The notes under the pieces: model-generated
Seen by the model: only the letters and a program-made list of their open reading frames with translations
Told to the model about the DNA's origin: nothing
Databases searched by the model: none
Position numbers and translations under genes: made by a program
IMG/VR virus record: IMGVR_UViG_3300037851_000404
Span: 1-46,626 of that record
Strand: one strand, 5' to 3'
Length of the DNA: 46,626 nucleotides
From: a virus
Part shown: positions 9,069 through 17,794 of the stretch, piece after piece
Layout: every line of letters starts with the position of its first letter
Position numbering within the stretch: position 1 is the stretch's first letter

Positions 9069-9515
9069 ATGTCTCTTGAGGACAGAGGTGCTCAGCACGA
9101 CAAGGTTGTGGTCGATAAGTACCACGACCCTATCGCGAACTATGTCATGTCTACCAGGGACTACGTCATGCGCCCTACGGCGACCCCTGGTACCGGCGCA
9201 ATCACTATCACCCTCCCTCCGGTGGCTGAAGCCAAGGGCCGCTGGTACAGCATCATTGCTCGCCAGGCTGATGCTGTCAACACTATCACCATCGAAGACA
9301 ACAATGACGACAGCGAGTGCTGGATGGGAGACATTGTTCTCGATGGGAAGTGCGATCGCTGCCTGCTCTACAGCGATGGCCTCGCCTGGCATGTCATGGG
9401 GAATCCTGGTGAGTGGCCTGGCCTTAGCAGCACTCCGGCTCCTGGAACTTCTCAGGCTCCGACTACTGCTGCTCCGCAGACTACTGTCGCACCTACCACT
9501 GGGACTGGTGCATAA
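9069..9515 (+). CDS. Hypothetical capsid-module protein with C-terminal Pro/Thr tail
   Basis: 148 aa, AGGAGG RBS, GC-rich codon usage. C-terminus SSTPAPGTSQAPTTAAPQTTVAPTTGTGA. Confidence 0.6.
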   Translation: MSLEDRGAQHDKVVVDKYHDPIANYVMSTRDYVMRPTATPGTGAITITLPPVAEAKGRWYSIIARQADAVNTITIEDNNDDSECWMGDIVLDGKCDRCLLYSDGLAWHVMGNPGEWPGLSSTPAPGTSQAPTTAAPQTTVAPTTGTGA

Positions 9516-9524
9516 CCAATAACA

Positions 9525-9547
9525 GTTGATTAAATGATTTAATCAAC
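9525..9547. repeat. 23-bp AT-rich palindromic boundary motif, copy 4 (perfect palindrome)
   Basis: GTTGATTAAATGATTTAATCAAC, 24 nt upstream of the capsid ATG. Confidence 0.9.
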
Positions 9548-9571
9548 TTTCGCAAATAGGAGGCTCAAAAA

Positions 9572-10876
9572 ATGTTTCTTGGAATGAGAGGTACTCTGGA
9601 TTGGGTCACGAACGAGCGCCCCGAGTCTTGGCGGCAGCAGATTCTTTACCTCTACCCGAACGGCATGGCTCCGCTTACTGCCCTTCTCTCCATGATGGGA
9701 AGTGAGCGAATCACTGATCCTCGTTTCCACTGGTGGACTCAGGAACAGACTCCTGTTCAGGGAGCTGTTGCTGCTATCGCCACTGTTGCCGACATGAGTG
9801 TGGCCTACGCAGGTGGTGGTGTCGCTGGTGATACCATCTTCGTGCAGGTCACCACTGTCCTCGCCAATCGCATCCGTCAGGGGCATCAGATCCTTCTTCG
9901 CGATGCTTCTGACTACCGAGTCGATGTGGTCGGCAAGGTCACCAGCGTCACTCGCGGGGCAGTCAACTCTGTCCTCGCCGTTCGCCTTCTCGAGGCCGAC
10001 GACAATTCCCCTGCCAATGATCTGACCGATTGCGATAACTTCAAGATCATCGGCAACATCAACCCGGAAGGTGGCGAGATGCCCGATGCCATCGCCTTGA
10101 ATCCGGTTGAGATCTACAACCTCGCCCAGATCTTCCGGACTCCTCTGTCCATCACCCGCACTGCGAAGCGCACCTCTCTCCGTACGCCTGATTCCTACCA
10201 GCGTGCGAAGTCCGAAGCGCTGGAGATGCACTCCTGGGAAATGGAGCTCGCCTTCCTCTGGGGTATTCGCTCCCAGAACATCGGGGACAATGGGAAGGCT
10301 GAGCGCACCACTCTCGGTGTGATCAACTTCATCCGCCAGTACGCTGCTGCCAACTGCGACGACTACACCCTGAATGCCACCTATGCCGGCCTCGCCTGGA
10401 ATGCTGCAGGCGGTGGCGGCACCTGGCTTCGTGCCATGCTGGAGCAGATCTTCCGTTACGGAGCCGAGGAGAAACTCGCCCTCGTCGGTTCTGGCGCTCT
10501 GCTCGGCATCGAAGCCCTTGCCATGGCTGAAGGCCAGATGAATCTCAACACTGGCCAGAAAGCCTACGGCATGCAGATTCGCGAGTGGGTCACTCCGTTC
10601 GGGTCCATCTACATGAAGACTCATCCCATGTTCAGCCACGATGCCACGACTCGCAACATGATGGTGATTCTGGAGCCGAAGGAGCTGAAGTACAAATACA
10701 TCGACGACACCACCTTCTTCGGCGAGAGCCAGGCGACCCAGCATCCGTCTGGCTACGGTGCTCGACGTATTGATGGGACTAATGAGGAGTACCTGACTGA
10801 GTGTGGTCTCGAATTTGGGCTGCCTCAGAAGTGTGCTGTCCTCAACGGGGTTGGTCTGAATAATACTCTGCCGTAA
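9572..10876 (+). CDS. Major capsid protein (HK97-fold candidate)
   Basis: 434 aa, strong AGGAGG RBS, lies after the scaffold gene, GC-rich codon usage. The longer antisense ORF 9539..10900 is low-complexity Arg/Gly/Val-rich. Confidence 0.7.
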   Translation: MFLGMRGTLDWVTNERPESWRQQILYLYPNGMAPLTALLSMMGSERITDPRFHWWTQEQTPVQGAVAAIATVADMSVAYAGGGVAGDTIFVQVTTVLANRIRQGHQILLRDASDYRVDVVGKVTSVTRGAVNSVLAVRLLEADDNSPANDLTDCDNFKIIGNINPEGGEMPDAIALNPVEIYNLAQIFRTPLSITRTAKRTSLRTPDSYQRAKSEALEMHSWEMELAFLWGIRSQNIGDNGKAERTTLGVINFIRQYAAANCDDYTLNATYAGLAWNAAGGGGTWLRAMLEQIFRYGAEEKLALVGSGALLGIEALAMAEGQMNLNTGQKAYGMQIREWVTPFGSIYMKTHPMFSHDATTRNMMVILEPKELKYKYIDDTTFFGESQATQHPSGYGARRIDGTNEEYLTECGLEFGLPQKCAVLNGVGLNNTLP

Positions 10877-10901
10877 GGCAGATATCCTCCTGCAGGCCAA
10901 C

Positions 10902-10933
10902 AGGCTGGGCTTGGAATGGGCCAGGCCCAGCCT
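10902..10933 (+). terminator. GC-rich hairpin downstream of the capsid gene (no U-tract)
   Basis: AGGCTGGGC ... GCCCAGCCT, a 9-bp stem, followed 8 nt later by motif copy 5. Confidence 0.35.
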
Positions 10934-10940
10934 CCCAACA

Positions 10941-10963
10941 GTTAATTAAATGATTTAATTATC
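10941..10963. repeat. 23-bp AT-rich palindromic boundary motif, copy 5
   Basis: GTTAATTAAATGATTTAATTATC, the exact reverse complement of copy 3. Lies 11 nt upstream of the ATG at 10975. Confidence 0.9.
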
Positions 10964-10974
10964 TCGAGGTCAAG

Positions 10975-11706
10975 ATGAACTTCTTCGATATCAAAAGGCG
11001 GTTTAGAGAACTCTCAGGTCGTCATGATCTTGCAGATGATGATTCTACGAATACTCTAGACTTCATAATCAACGAAGCGTGCAAGAATCTTGATCGCCTT
11101 ACTGAGCATCAAAAGTCGCCTGGGATTCACTTTGTCCAATGCGCTGTGGATGCTTATAGTGTTAGTATCCCATACTGCAGATCAATCAAGGAAGTATGGG
11201 TGACTAGCACTACCGAGCGATGGCAACTTGAGAAGAAGAATCTTCAAGACCTAGTTTATTCATATCTTACTTCTCAACCTGACTCAGGCTCTCCGTTGTA
11301 CTACGCTCCTACAATCACTAGAAGAATCCCTGAAGGTGTAGATGTGTCTGCGTTTTCTGCATACATGACCTTCATGGATACGTCTACAGACCTAGACCAC
11401 AATCATAATGCTATTTTGCTTCTTCCTCCAACAAGTGAAATCTTACTGGTTGAAGTAAAGGGCTTGTTCTATTCAGCTGCCCTTGTGGAGGATGCAGATG
11501 AGAACTACTGGACAGTTGTTCATCCACTGACTTTGCTCAAAGCTACTATGCGTGAACTCGAGGTGTTCAACCAGAACAAATCCAAAGTCGACGCATGGGA
11601 TCAGGCACTAGCCAGTGAAATAGCTAACATTGGAAAAGACTTGGTCGAAGAGGAAATTGCTGAAGTTGATCAAATGGAAGGATCTGTTGAAAAAGATGTA
11701 TCTTAA
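10975..11706 (+). CDS. Hypothetical; candidate head-tail adaptor
   Basis: 243 aa. First gene after the capsid gene, with a GAGG RBS. Assigned by position only. Confidence 0.4.
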   Translation: MNFFDIKRRFRELSGRHDLADDDSTNTLDFIINEACKNLDRLTEHQKSPGIHFVQCAVDAYSVSIPYCRSIKEVWVTSTTERWQLEKKNLQDLVYSYLTSQPDSGSPLYYAPTITRRIPEGVDVSAFSAYMTFMDTSTDLDHNHNAILLLPPTSEILLVEVKGLFYSAALVEDADENYWTVVHPLTLLKATMRELEVFNQNKSKVDAWDQALASEIANIGKDLVEEEIAEVDQMEGSVEKDVS

Positions 11707-11752
11707 TAGATCAACTTCAAGGTGAGGCAATCAACCTTGCCAGGAGGCAGGA

Positions 11753-12085
11753 ATGGATAAGGACGAACGCGAAGGGATCATCAACGAAGCTGTTGAAAGG
11801 GCTTTGTTGAAAATCCCTGAAATCATAGGAAATCTTATAACTGATCATGCTTCGAAGCTCAGGGCGAACAAGCAGTTCTATGCCAAGTATCCTGAGTTCA
11901 AAGAGCACAAGGATGTAGTAGCTGCAATCCTTGAATCGATCGAGAGTGATGACATCACTAAACCTCTCGACAAGATGATAGAGGAAGCAGTTCCTAAAAT
12001 CCGTAGGAGAATTACTGAGGTCAAGCAACTTAATCTGAAATCAGTAAGTCGTCCTAACCTCTCAATTGGTCATGGAGAGCTGTGA
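11753..12085 (+). CDS. Hypothetical structural-module protein
   Basis: 110 aa, co-oriented and tightly packed with its neighbours. Confidence 0.45.
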   Translation: MDKDEREGIINEAVERALLKIPEIIGNLITDHASKLRANKQFYAKYPEFKEHKDVVAAILESIESDDITKPLDKMIEEAVPKIRRRITEVKQLNLKSVSRPNLSIGHGEL

Positions 12086-12573
12086 TGGAAGTTCTACGTG
12101 ACGGAACTTTTGTTGACATCATAGATGGTCAATCGCTTGGAAGGGGAATTAGGCCTTCTATGAGAGCTCCTAGGAATTCAAAGTTCCTTGTTAAAAGTCA
12201 AGGAGCTGTTGGATTAGATGGAGTTCTCCAAGTGATTGATGACTTAGAACTCAGTCGAATAGATACATCACTGGACATCACTGACGCCTTCCCATATCCT
12301 CAAGTCTTCACCTTTATTAATGTAGTACTTATATGTGGAAGGCAAGACATCTACGAGTATGATGGAACTCTGAATCACATGCTCGGGCCAGTTACTGCTG
12401 GAAGTCTTTGGTCTGCAGTTGATTTCTTTGACTTTATCTATTTGACCAATGGATCAGTTGGGGTAGTAAGGTCAGCCAACACTGGACTCTATTCACTAAC
12501 TACCGACTATCCAATTGGTGAGTCTGTATGCAACTTCAATGGCCAAGCTCTGGTTGGAGGAGTTTCTGAATAA
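12082..12573 (+). CDS. Hypothetical tail-module protein
   Basis: 163 aa, with ATGA-type overlaps on both sides. Confidence 0.5.
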   Translation: MMEVLRDGTFVDIIDGQSLGRGIRPSMRAPRNSKFLVKSQGAVGLDGVLQVIDDLELSRIDTSLDITDAFPYPQVFTFINVVLICGRQDIYEYDGTLNHMLGPVTAGSLWSAVDFFDFIYLTNGSVGVVRSANTGLYSLTTDYPIGESVCNFNGQALVGGVSE

Positions 12574-14156
12574 TGGATTGGAAGACTTACAAAGGCGAAG
12601 GTCCATGGCCCTTTGCTCAGCAGCCTAATAAGTGGGGATATCTTAACAACCCAAGATGGGTTCCTGCTCAGACTGCTCCTGTTAACTATGATTCCAATCC
12701 AGAGGATGAGCCTCAAGTTTGGACACCTGAAGGAAATAACATTAGAGGCTCAGATAAACACTTCCCTTGTGGGCATTGGCATAAAGTTGGAAATACCCCT
12801 GAGCCTAGATTCTTTGATCTACTTGAACTTGAATACTATCAACAGTCAGTAGATGTATACAAGGGAAGAATTGCTCTCTGTGGAATGAGTAATGATGGAG
12901 ATGATGGTTATCTTGTATGCGCTATTAGGGAGGTCAATGGACAGTGGTATGCTCTTGGAGCTGTTGAAAATATATCTCAGTTTAGTGAGCCTAGTACATT
13001 AAGAATAACTGATGACTGGGTATTCTACTACACAGTTCACTATCTATGGAATGATCCAGGAACTTGGTATTCCTATGCATCTCTTTGGAGGTTCGGCCAT
13101 CAAGATTATCCTAGACAGACTGTAGTCTGGCTTGGAGATGTAAGTGGAACACCTTACATGCTTGATGACTATGAGATAAAAGATAAGATGGATGCTTATG
13201 GAAGTCGAGTTGCTTGCATAGCTCATATAATCGAAGAAGGTGGAGTTGTAAATAAGCGGTGGCAGGTAAAGGTTTCAGACGACTACGGCCAGACATTTTC
13301 AAAGACATATGATTTTCCTGCTGCATCTACTAATGAAAGTGATGTGGCATTCTTAAGGATGTCTGAGGATGGTAGAGTCTGGGTTGCTTATGCTAGACTT
13401 CCATCTGTTGGGAATCACACTATAGAACTCTGGAGATCTAACTCAACCGCCACGTCTTTTACTAAGGTCTTAGATAGAGACATAACAGTTGACATGGGTG
13501 GAAGTTTTCGAATATCATTTCATTTTGACTGTCTTGAATCTGATGGAGAAAAGTGTACTCTGAGAATTAGGTACTTCAGTGACCCTATATCCCCAGGTAC
13601 CTTTGACAATATAATTTATGAAGTGTCGAACTATGGCTCATCAGTTGACATGCATCACTCTTCCAGAAACTTTCCTCCATCCCCATATAGAAATGGATGG
13701 GTGATGTCTTCTGATGGTCAGCACTATGTAACTCCATTTGCTGACGGATTTGAAGTTAGTGCTGATGGTGGAGATACTATAAATCAAGTAAATCCGACAG
13801 TAGCTGACTTCTTATACCAATATCCAGATATTCAGAAGTACCACAATCAGATTGCCTACACTGAATGTGGGATGGACTTTAATCCAGAATATCTAGACAG
13901 AGAGTTTTTATCTATCTTATATTCAGAAGACTATGGTCAATCCTGGGAGGTAATTCATAGTCCTATTCCTTGTTGGACAGCTAGTCCTGGATTAATAGAT
14001 CCAATGGAATTAGATCCAACATATACTGATGAAATAATTGATGTTCCTGGTGGAACTACAATTAACATAATTCCGATAGTTGGTCCAACTTATACATGGA
14101 ATACTGCTCCAACATTAGACTGGGCCCATAGAGCTAGATGGGTAAGGATACTATAA
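12573..14156 (+). CDS. BNR/Asp-box repeat (beta-propeller, sialidase-like) tail protein
   Basis: 527 aa. Asp-box-like motifs SDDYGQTF, SEDYGQSW, SADGGDTI, SEDGRVW and SSDGQHY. Confidence 0.55.
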   Translation: MDWKTYKGEGPWPFAQQPNKWGYLNNPRWVPAQTAPVNYDSNPEDEPQVWTPEGNNIRGSDKHFPCGHWHKVGNTPEPRFFDLLELEYYQQSVDVYKGRIALCGMSNDGDDGYLVCAIREVNGQWYALGAVENISQFSEPSTLRITDDWVFYYTVHYLWNDPGTWYSYASLWRFGHQDYPRQTVVWLGDVSGTPYMLDDYEIKDKMDAYGSRVACIAHIIEEGGVVNKRWQVKVSDDYGQTFSKTYDFPAASTNESDVAFLRMSEDGRVWVAYARLPSVGNHTIELWRSNSTATSFTKVLDRDITVDMGGSFRISFHFDCLESDGEKCTLRIRYFSDPISPGTFDNIIYEVSNYGSSVDMHHSSRNFPPSPYRNGWVMSSDGQHYVTPFADGFEVSADGGDTINQVNPTVADFLYQYPDIQKYHNQIAYTECGMDFNPEYLDREFLSILYSEDYGQSWEVIHSPIPCWTASPGLIDPMELDPTYTDEIIDVPGGTTINIIPIVGPTYTWNTAPTLDWAHRARWVRIL

Positions 14157-14329
14157 TGAAAGATAGAAAGTTTAAAACTGTAAAAGATTTGATTAAGGAA
14201 TTAAAGGAATTTGATCCAGACATCAAAATCTTCATGTGTCAGATTTTGATGAGTAATGGTGATAGGGTTATGTTTATAAGGGACAAAACTAGAAAGATCA
14301 AAGATCGAGTGGAGGTCAGAAATGGCTAA
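14156..14329 (+). CDS. Hypothetical small protein
   Basis: 57 aa from the ATG in a TAATG overlap with the upstream stop. The track ORF starts at 14138. Confidence 0.4.
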   Translation: MKDRKFKTVKDLIKELKEFDPDIKIFMCQILMSNGDRVMFIRDKTRKIKDRVEVRNG

Positions 14330-14747
14330 TGCTGCTCCTAATCACATCAAGTATCTCTTGGCGACTAAGGCGATAGATTTTGCTAACGACACTTTCAAGA
14401 TCATCCTCATGGAGTCGGGCTTTGTGTTCGACAAGGATGCACATGAGGAGTATTCAGATGTATCTGGCAATGAACTTGCCACTGCTAATGGCTACACAGC
14501 TGGCGGTGCTACGCTTGCTGGAGTCGCTGTAACCGAAGATGATATTGACGATAGGTGTGAAATCACCTGGAACAATATCACCTGGACGGCTGTCGGTGGA
14601 GCGATTGGACCTGCCAGTGGTGCGATCATCTACGACGACACAGTTGCCAATGATCCTATCGTTGGCTACCTCGATTTCGGAGCTGACTACACTCAGCCTG
14701 ATGGTGGAACTGCCACGGTTATTGGAATCGAAGTTCGCATTTCATAG
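14322..14747 (+). CDS. Hypothetical virion-module protein
   Basis: 141 aa, Gly/Ala/Thr-rich, overlaps the upstream gene by 8 nt. Confidence 0.5.
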   Translation: MANAAPNHIKYLLATKAIDFANDTFKIILMESGFVFDKDAHEEYSDVSGNELATANGYTAGGATLAGVAVTEDDIDDRCEITWNNITWTAVGGAIGPASGAIIYDDTVANDPIVGYLDFGADYTQPDGGTATVIGIEVRIS

Positions 14748-14756
14748 GAGCTAGAG

Positions 14757-16451
14757 ATGGCTTGGAACCAGCCAGATAGTTTCCACATAACAGATGGGGC
14801 AGTAGCTAGCGGTGTCATAACTGATACCTACACAGACAATGGCATCAAGCATGTGTTGGAAGAAGTTACTGGCACCCCTGGGATGGACTACGAGTACTGG
14901 TTTGCCACTGTTCCAGCCTACAACTGGATCAGAGTTCATGTTAATGGTTACTATGAAGGCAATCCAGCTCATGATGTAGAGATTAGCGTCTGGAACTTTA
15001 CCTCGTCTGCATGGGATCACTTTGATACCATGTTAGATGCCTCAGCTGATGCTGATTTTTACTCACCTGATCTCCCAGGTGCTGACTACATCAGCGGTGG
15101 AGTTGTTAAGGTTAGATTTCATCATCCTGATTCTGGAAACACTTCACATAGGCTATACCTTGATGCTGTGTTGCTTGAGGATAGGTCTAGTTTTCACACC
15201 ACAGTGGCTCCGACAACTGTGCCTCCCACAACAGTGGCTCCATCAACTCCGGTTCCAACCACTACCTTAACCACTCCAGTTCCAACTACTACATTAACAA
15301 CAGCTCCGCCAACAACTCCTTGGGGCGAAGACATCTACGTCGATCCGATAGAATTAACTCTATCTAGCAAGCATGTTTTTCACTACAATCCGCCTGCTCC
15401 TGTCAATCCAGGGCTTGATCGAACTTGGACGTTTGAAGATCTTCCAATTGAAATAACTTTGTCCATTCAAGGACAGAACCAGTATGCAGGAATTCTAGTT
15501 GATCCAATCGAGATCATTATCACTCCTGTCCATTCGCAGTTTAGCGAAGGCCAAACGATTGAAGTAGATCCAATCGACCTTGTTATAGTCCCAACCTTTG
15601 ATGACATTCTTAAGTCATTCGACAGATGCAATTTTATCAAGTGGTCCAAGGTCGGAAGGTTTGACTTTACCATAGATGAAAGTAATGAAGCTGGAGAGCG
15701 TCCTGTAGATTGGAATGGATGCATCTGGCATGTGGCAAAGCTTGGATCAGCAGTAGGTGTGTACGGAACTAATGGCGTTACACTACTTAAGCCAAGTGGT
15801 GTTAACTGGGGAATGGACACTATTTATCGAATAGGGCTTAAGAACAAAGGAGCGTTTGCTGGAAGTGAGAGCAGACACTTCTTCGTTGACAACCTTGGGC
15901 AGCTATTCCAAGTTGATGAGACTTTGACTAGGCTTGACTATTCTGAATTTATCAGTAGAATGAGCACAGTTATACTTAGTCTTGACATTGAAAAGAACTT
16001 ACTCTACATCTGCGATGGAACCCTTGGATTTGTCTACAGCATTGAATCTAAAAGCTTTGGTGAAGGCCCAGTTAATGTCACGGGGTTTGGGGCTCAAAGT
16101 GGAAACATCTACGTAGTTAGCTACGGAGACATCATTACACCGAAGCTTGAAATCTGCACTGACATCTATGATTTTGAAACTAGGCGTCAGAAAACAATTA
16201 AGTCAATTGAAATAGGAACTGACTCAACTCAGTTCTTGTATGCATCGCTAGATTATCGAACTAGCTACAAAGATGACTTTAAGCAAATAGGATGGTTCTT
16301 AGTCAATCCAGATGGAAAGGCTTATCCTAAGTGCTACGGAGTTGAATTCAGATTCAGAATCAAATCTTTGATTTATGAGTATTTGGAAATAGATTATTTG
16401 AAAGTAAGAGGCCACATCCATGGCTTCTCGTATCTTGATTCAGTTGGATAG
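14757..16451 (+). CDS. Tail protein with internal Pro/Thr linker and DPIE repeats
   Basis: 564 aa. TTVAPTTVPPTTVAPSTPVPTTTLTTPVPTTTLTTAPPTTP at about 15196-15320, followed by four [VL][DP][PI][IE]...-type units (VDPIELTL, LPIEITL, VDPIEIII, VDPIDLVI). Confidence 0.55.
   Translation: MAWNQPDSFHITDGAVASGVITDTYTDNGIKHVLEEVTGTPGMDYEYWFATVPAYNWIRVHVNGYYEGNPAHDVEISVWNFTSSAWDHFDTMLDASADADFYSPDLPGADYISGGVVKVRFHHPDSGNTSHRLYLDAVLLEDRSSFHTTVAPTTVPPTTVAPSTPVPTTTLTTPVPTTTLTTAPPTTPWGEDIYVDPIELTLSSKHVFHYNPPAPVNPGLDRTWTFEDLPIEITLSIQGQNQYAGILVDPIEIIITPVHSQFSEGQTIEVDPIDLVIVPTFDDILKSFDRCNFIKWSKVGRFDFTIDESNEAGERPVDWNGCIWHVAKLGSAVGVYGTNGVTLLKPSGVNWGMDTIYRIGLKNKGAFAGSESRHFFVDNLGQLFQVDETLTRLDYSEFISRMSTVILSLDIEKNLLYICDGTLGFVYSIESKSFGEGPVNVTGFGAQSGNIYVVSYGDIITPKLEICTDIYDFETRRQKTIKSIEIGTDSTQFLYASLDYRTSYKDDFKQIGWFLVNPDGKAYPKCYGVEFRFRIKSLIYEYLEIDYLKVRGHIHGFSYLDSVG
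15196..15320 (+). repeat. Pro/Thr-coding repeat including a tandem 27-nt duplication (PVPTTTLTT x2)
   Basis: ccggttccaaccactaccttaaccact / ccagttccaactactacattaacaaca read directly; acagtggctcc also occurs twice. Confidence 0.75.
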
Positions 16452-16473
16452 ATAATTAAACCATTTAATTAAC
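16451..16473. repeat. 23-bp AT-rich palindromic boundary motif, copy 6
   Basis: GATAATTAAACCATTTAATTAAC. Begins at the last base of the TAG stop at 16449-16451 and lies 9 nt upstream of the ATG at 16483. Confidence 0.9.
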
Positions 16474-16482
16474 TGGTGGAAA

Positions 16483-16914
16483 ATGAGAGTAATAATCACA
16501 GCTAGTGAAATTCCTAAATTTTGGGAAGCTATCAAATACGCAGTAGCTAATTCAGATATGATTAGTGGTGAAGATGTTGGATCGATGTCTAATCATATTC
16601 TCTATTTGCTGCTAAGTGGAAAAGCTTCCTGCATGGTCAGAATCAGTGACGACAGAATGCTTCAGGCTGTCTTCATATTACAGATTCTTGAGGACCTAAT
16701 AAGCGGCAAAAGAACTCTGTTCATTCGCAACCTTTATTCATTCTCAAAGGTCGATGATCAGATTTGGGCTAAGGACTTAGATGAAGTCGTTAGGTATGCG
16801 AAAAGTGTAGGATGCAAAACTATCACTTGCATGTCTAACAATGAAAAGGTGTTTAGGATTTGTGAAGCACTTAATTTCAATGAGCGGTTTAGATCCTTCG
16901 TGATGGAGGTATAG
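16483..16914 (+). CDS. Hypothetical protein
   Basis: 143 aa, co-oriented. A possible small alpha/beta fold, but I recognise no motif. Confidence 0.45.
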   Translation: MRVIITASEIPKFWEAIKYAVANSDMISGEDVGSMSNHILYLLLSGKASCMVRISDDRMLQAVFILQILEDLISGKRTLFIRNLYSFSKVDDQIWAKDLDEVVRYAKSVGCKTITCMSNNEKVFRICEALNFNERFRSFVMEV

Positions 16915-16916
16915 AT

Positions 16917-17753
16917 ATGAATGGCGGAGGTGGAGATAGCAAAACTGAGGTCAGGTATGCTAAGTACGTCGAGACTCATCACAAGGAGTTTCTGGACATA
17001 GTTGCAGCAAAACGAGCTGAGACCATAGACGATTCACCTTTCGCTGGATTCACTACGATAGATTACCTAGATGGATTCTTCGGAGCTGGGTATGCGATAT
17101 CTAGCTTCCCATCACTTTACGATATGTATGGGAAGTTCATGGCTGGACTTGATGTTGAGACTTTGTTCAGCCAGATATTGGACGATAGCATTAACAATCC
17201 AGTTATTGGCAATCGAGTTAGCCAACATGCTATTGAGCTCGAAGATGATATCATCCAGAATGCAACTCCCAGGTTTGTGACTGGAATGAGGGACATTAAT
17301 GCAGTCATTAGCAGCTCCTTCGTAATTGGCAGAGCACTGATGGAGACTGCTCGAACTAAGGCAATTGCCAAGTACGATGCTGAGCTTAGGGCTGCAATGC
17401 TTCCTATTGCTGTTAGTAGGTGGCAGACCCACTTGGAGTGGAATAAAGCTGTAATCAATATGTATGCGGAGATTATGAAGCTTTATTTCTCCAGTGCGAT
17501 GGATCTTGAAAATCACAACTACTCAATGGCAGCTAAGGACAAGCTCTGGCCATTCACTGTTCTTGAATACGAGCGTGCTGCACTTGGTGCCCTCCAAGGT
17601 GCGATGAATACTAAGACAGACGTAGCTGGTGCATCAACAGCTCAGAAGGCAATAGGTGGAGCACTTGTAGGTGCTGGTGCTGGATATATGATTGGAGGTC
17701 CTTGGGGAGCTGCTATTGGTGGAGTTCTTGGTGCAGCATCTGCTTTCTTATAA
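16917..17753 (+). CDS. Putative internal virion or ejection protein with Gly-rich C-terminal hydrophobic segment
   Basis: 278 aa. C-terminus GGALVGAGAGYMIGGPWGAAIGGVLGAASAFL. Lies before the giant ejection protein. Confidence 0.5.
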   Translation: MNGGGGDSKTEVRYAKYVETHHKEFLDIVAAKRAETIDDSPFAGFTTIDYLDGFFGAGYAISSFPSLYDMYGKFMAGLDVETLFSQILDDSINNPVIGNRVSQHAIELEDDIIQNATPRFVTGMRDINAVISSSFVIGRALMETARTKAIAKYDAELRAAMLPIAVSRWQTHLEWNKAVINMYAEIMKLYFSSAMDLENHNYSMAAKDKLWPFTVLEYERAALGALQGAMNTKTDVAGASTAQKAIGGALVGAGAGYMIGGPWGAAIGGVLGAASAFL

Positions 17754-17755
17754 CA

Positions 17756-17778
17756 GATAATTAAACCATTTAATTAAC
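17756..17778. repeat. 23-bp AT-rich palindromic boundary motif, copy 7
   Basis: GATAATTAAACCATTTAATTAAC, identical to copy 6. Lies 16 nt upstream of the ATG at 17795. Confidence 0.9.
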
Positions 17779-17794
17779 TCATTGGAGGTTTGAG

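Noticed and set aside
9539-10900. 453-aa minus-strand ORF, longer than the capsid ORF it overlaps
   Set aside because: Its Arg/Gly/Val/Ala-rich low-complexity translation is typical of the antisense strand of a GC3-rich gene. The + ORF has a strong AGGAGG RBS, fits the gene order, and continues the co-oriented structural operon.
17112-17516. Minus-strand ORFs 17112..17516 and 17117..17458 inside gene 16917..17753
   Set aside because: They overlap a co-oriented + gene completely and have no RBS. No other minus-strand genes occur in this arm.
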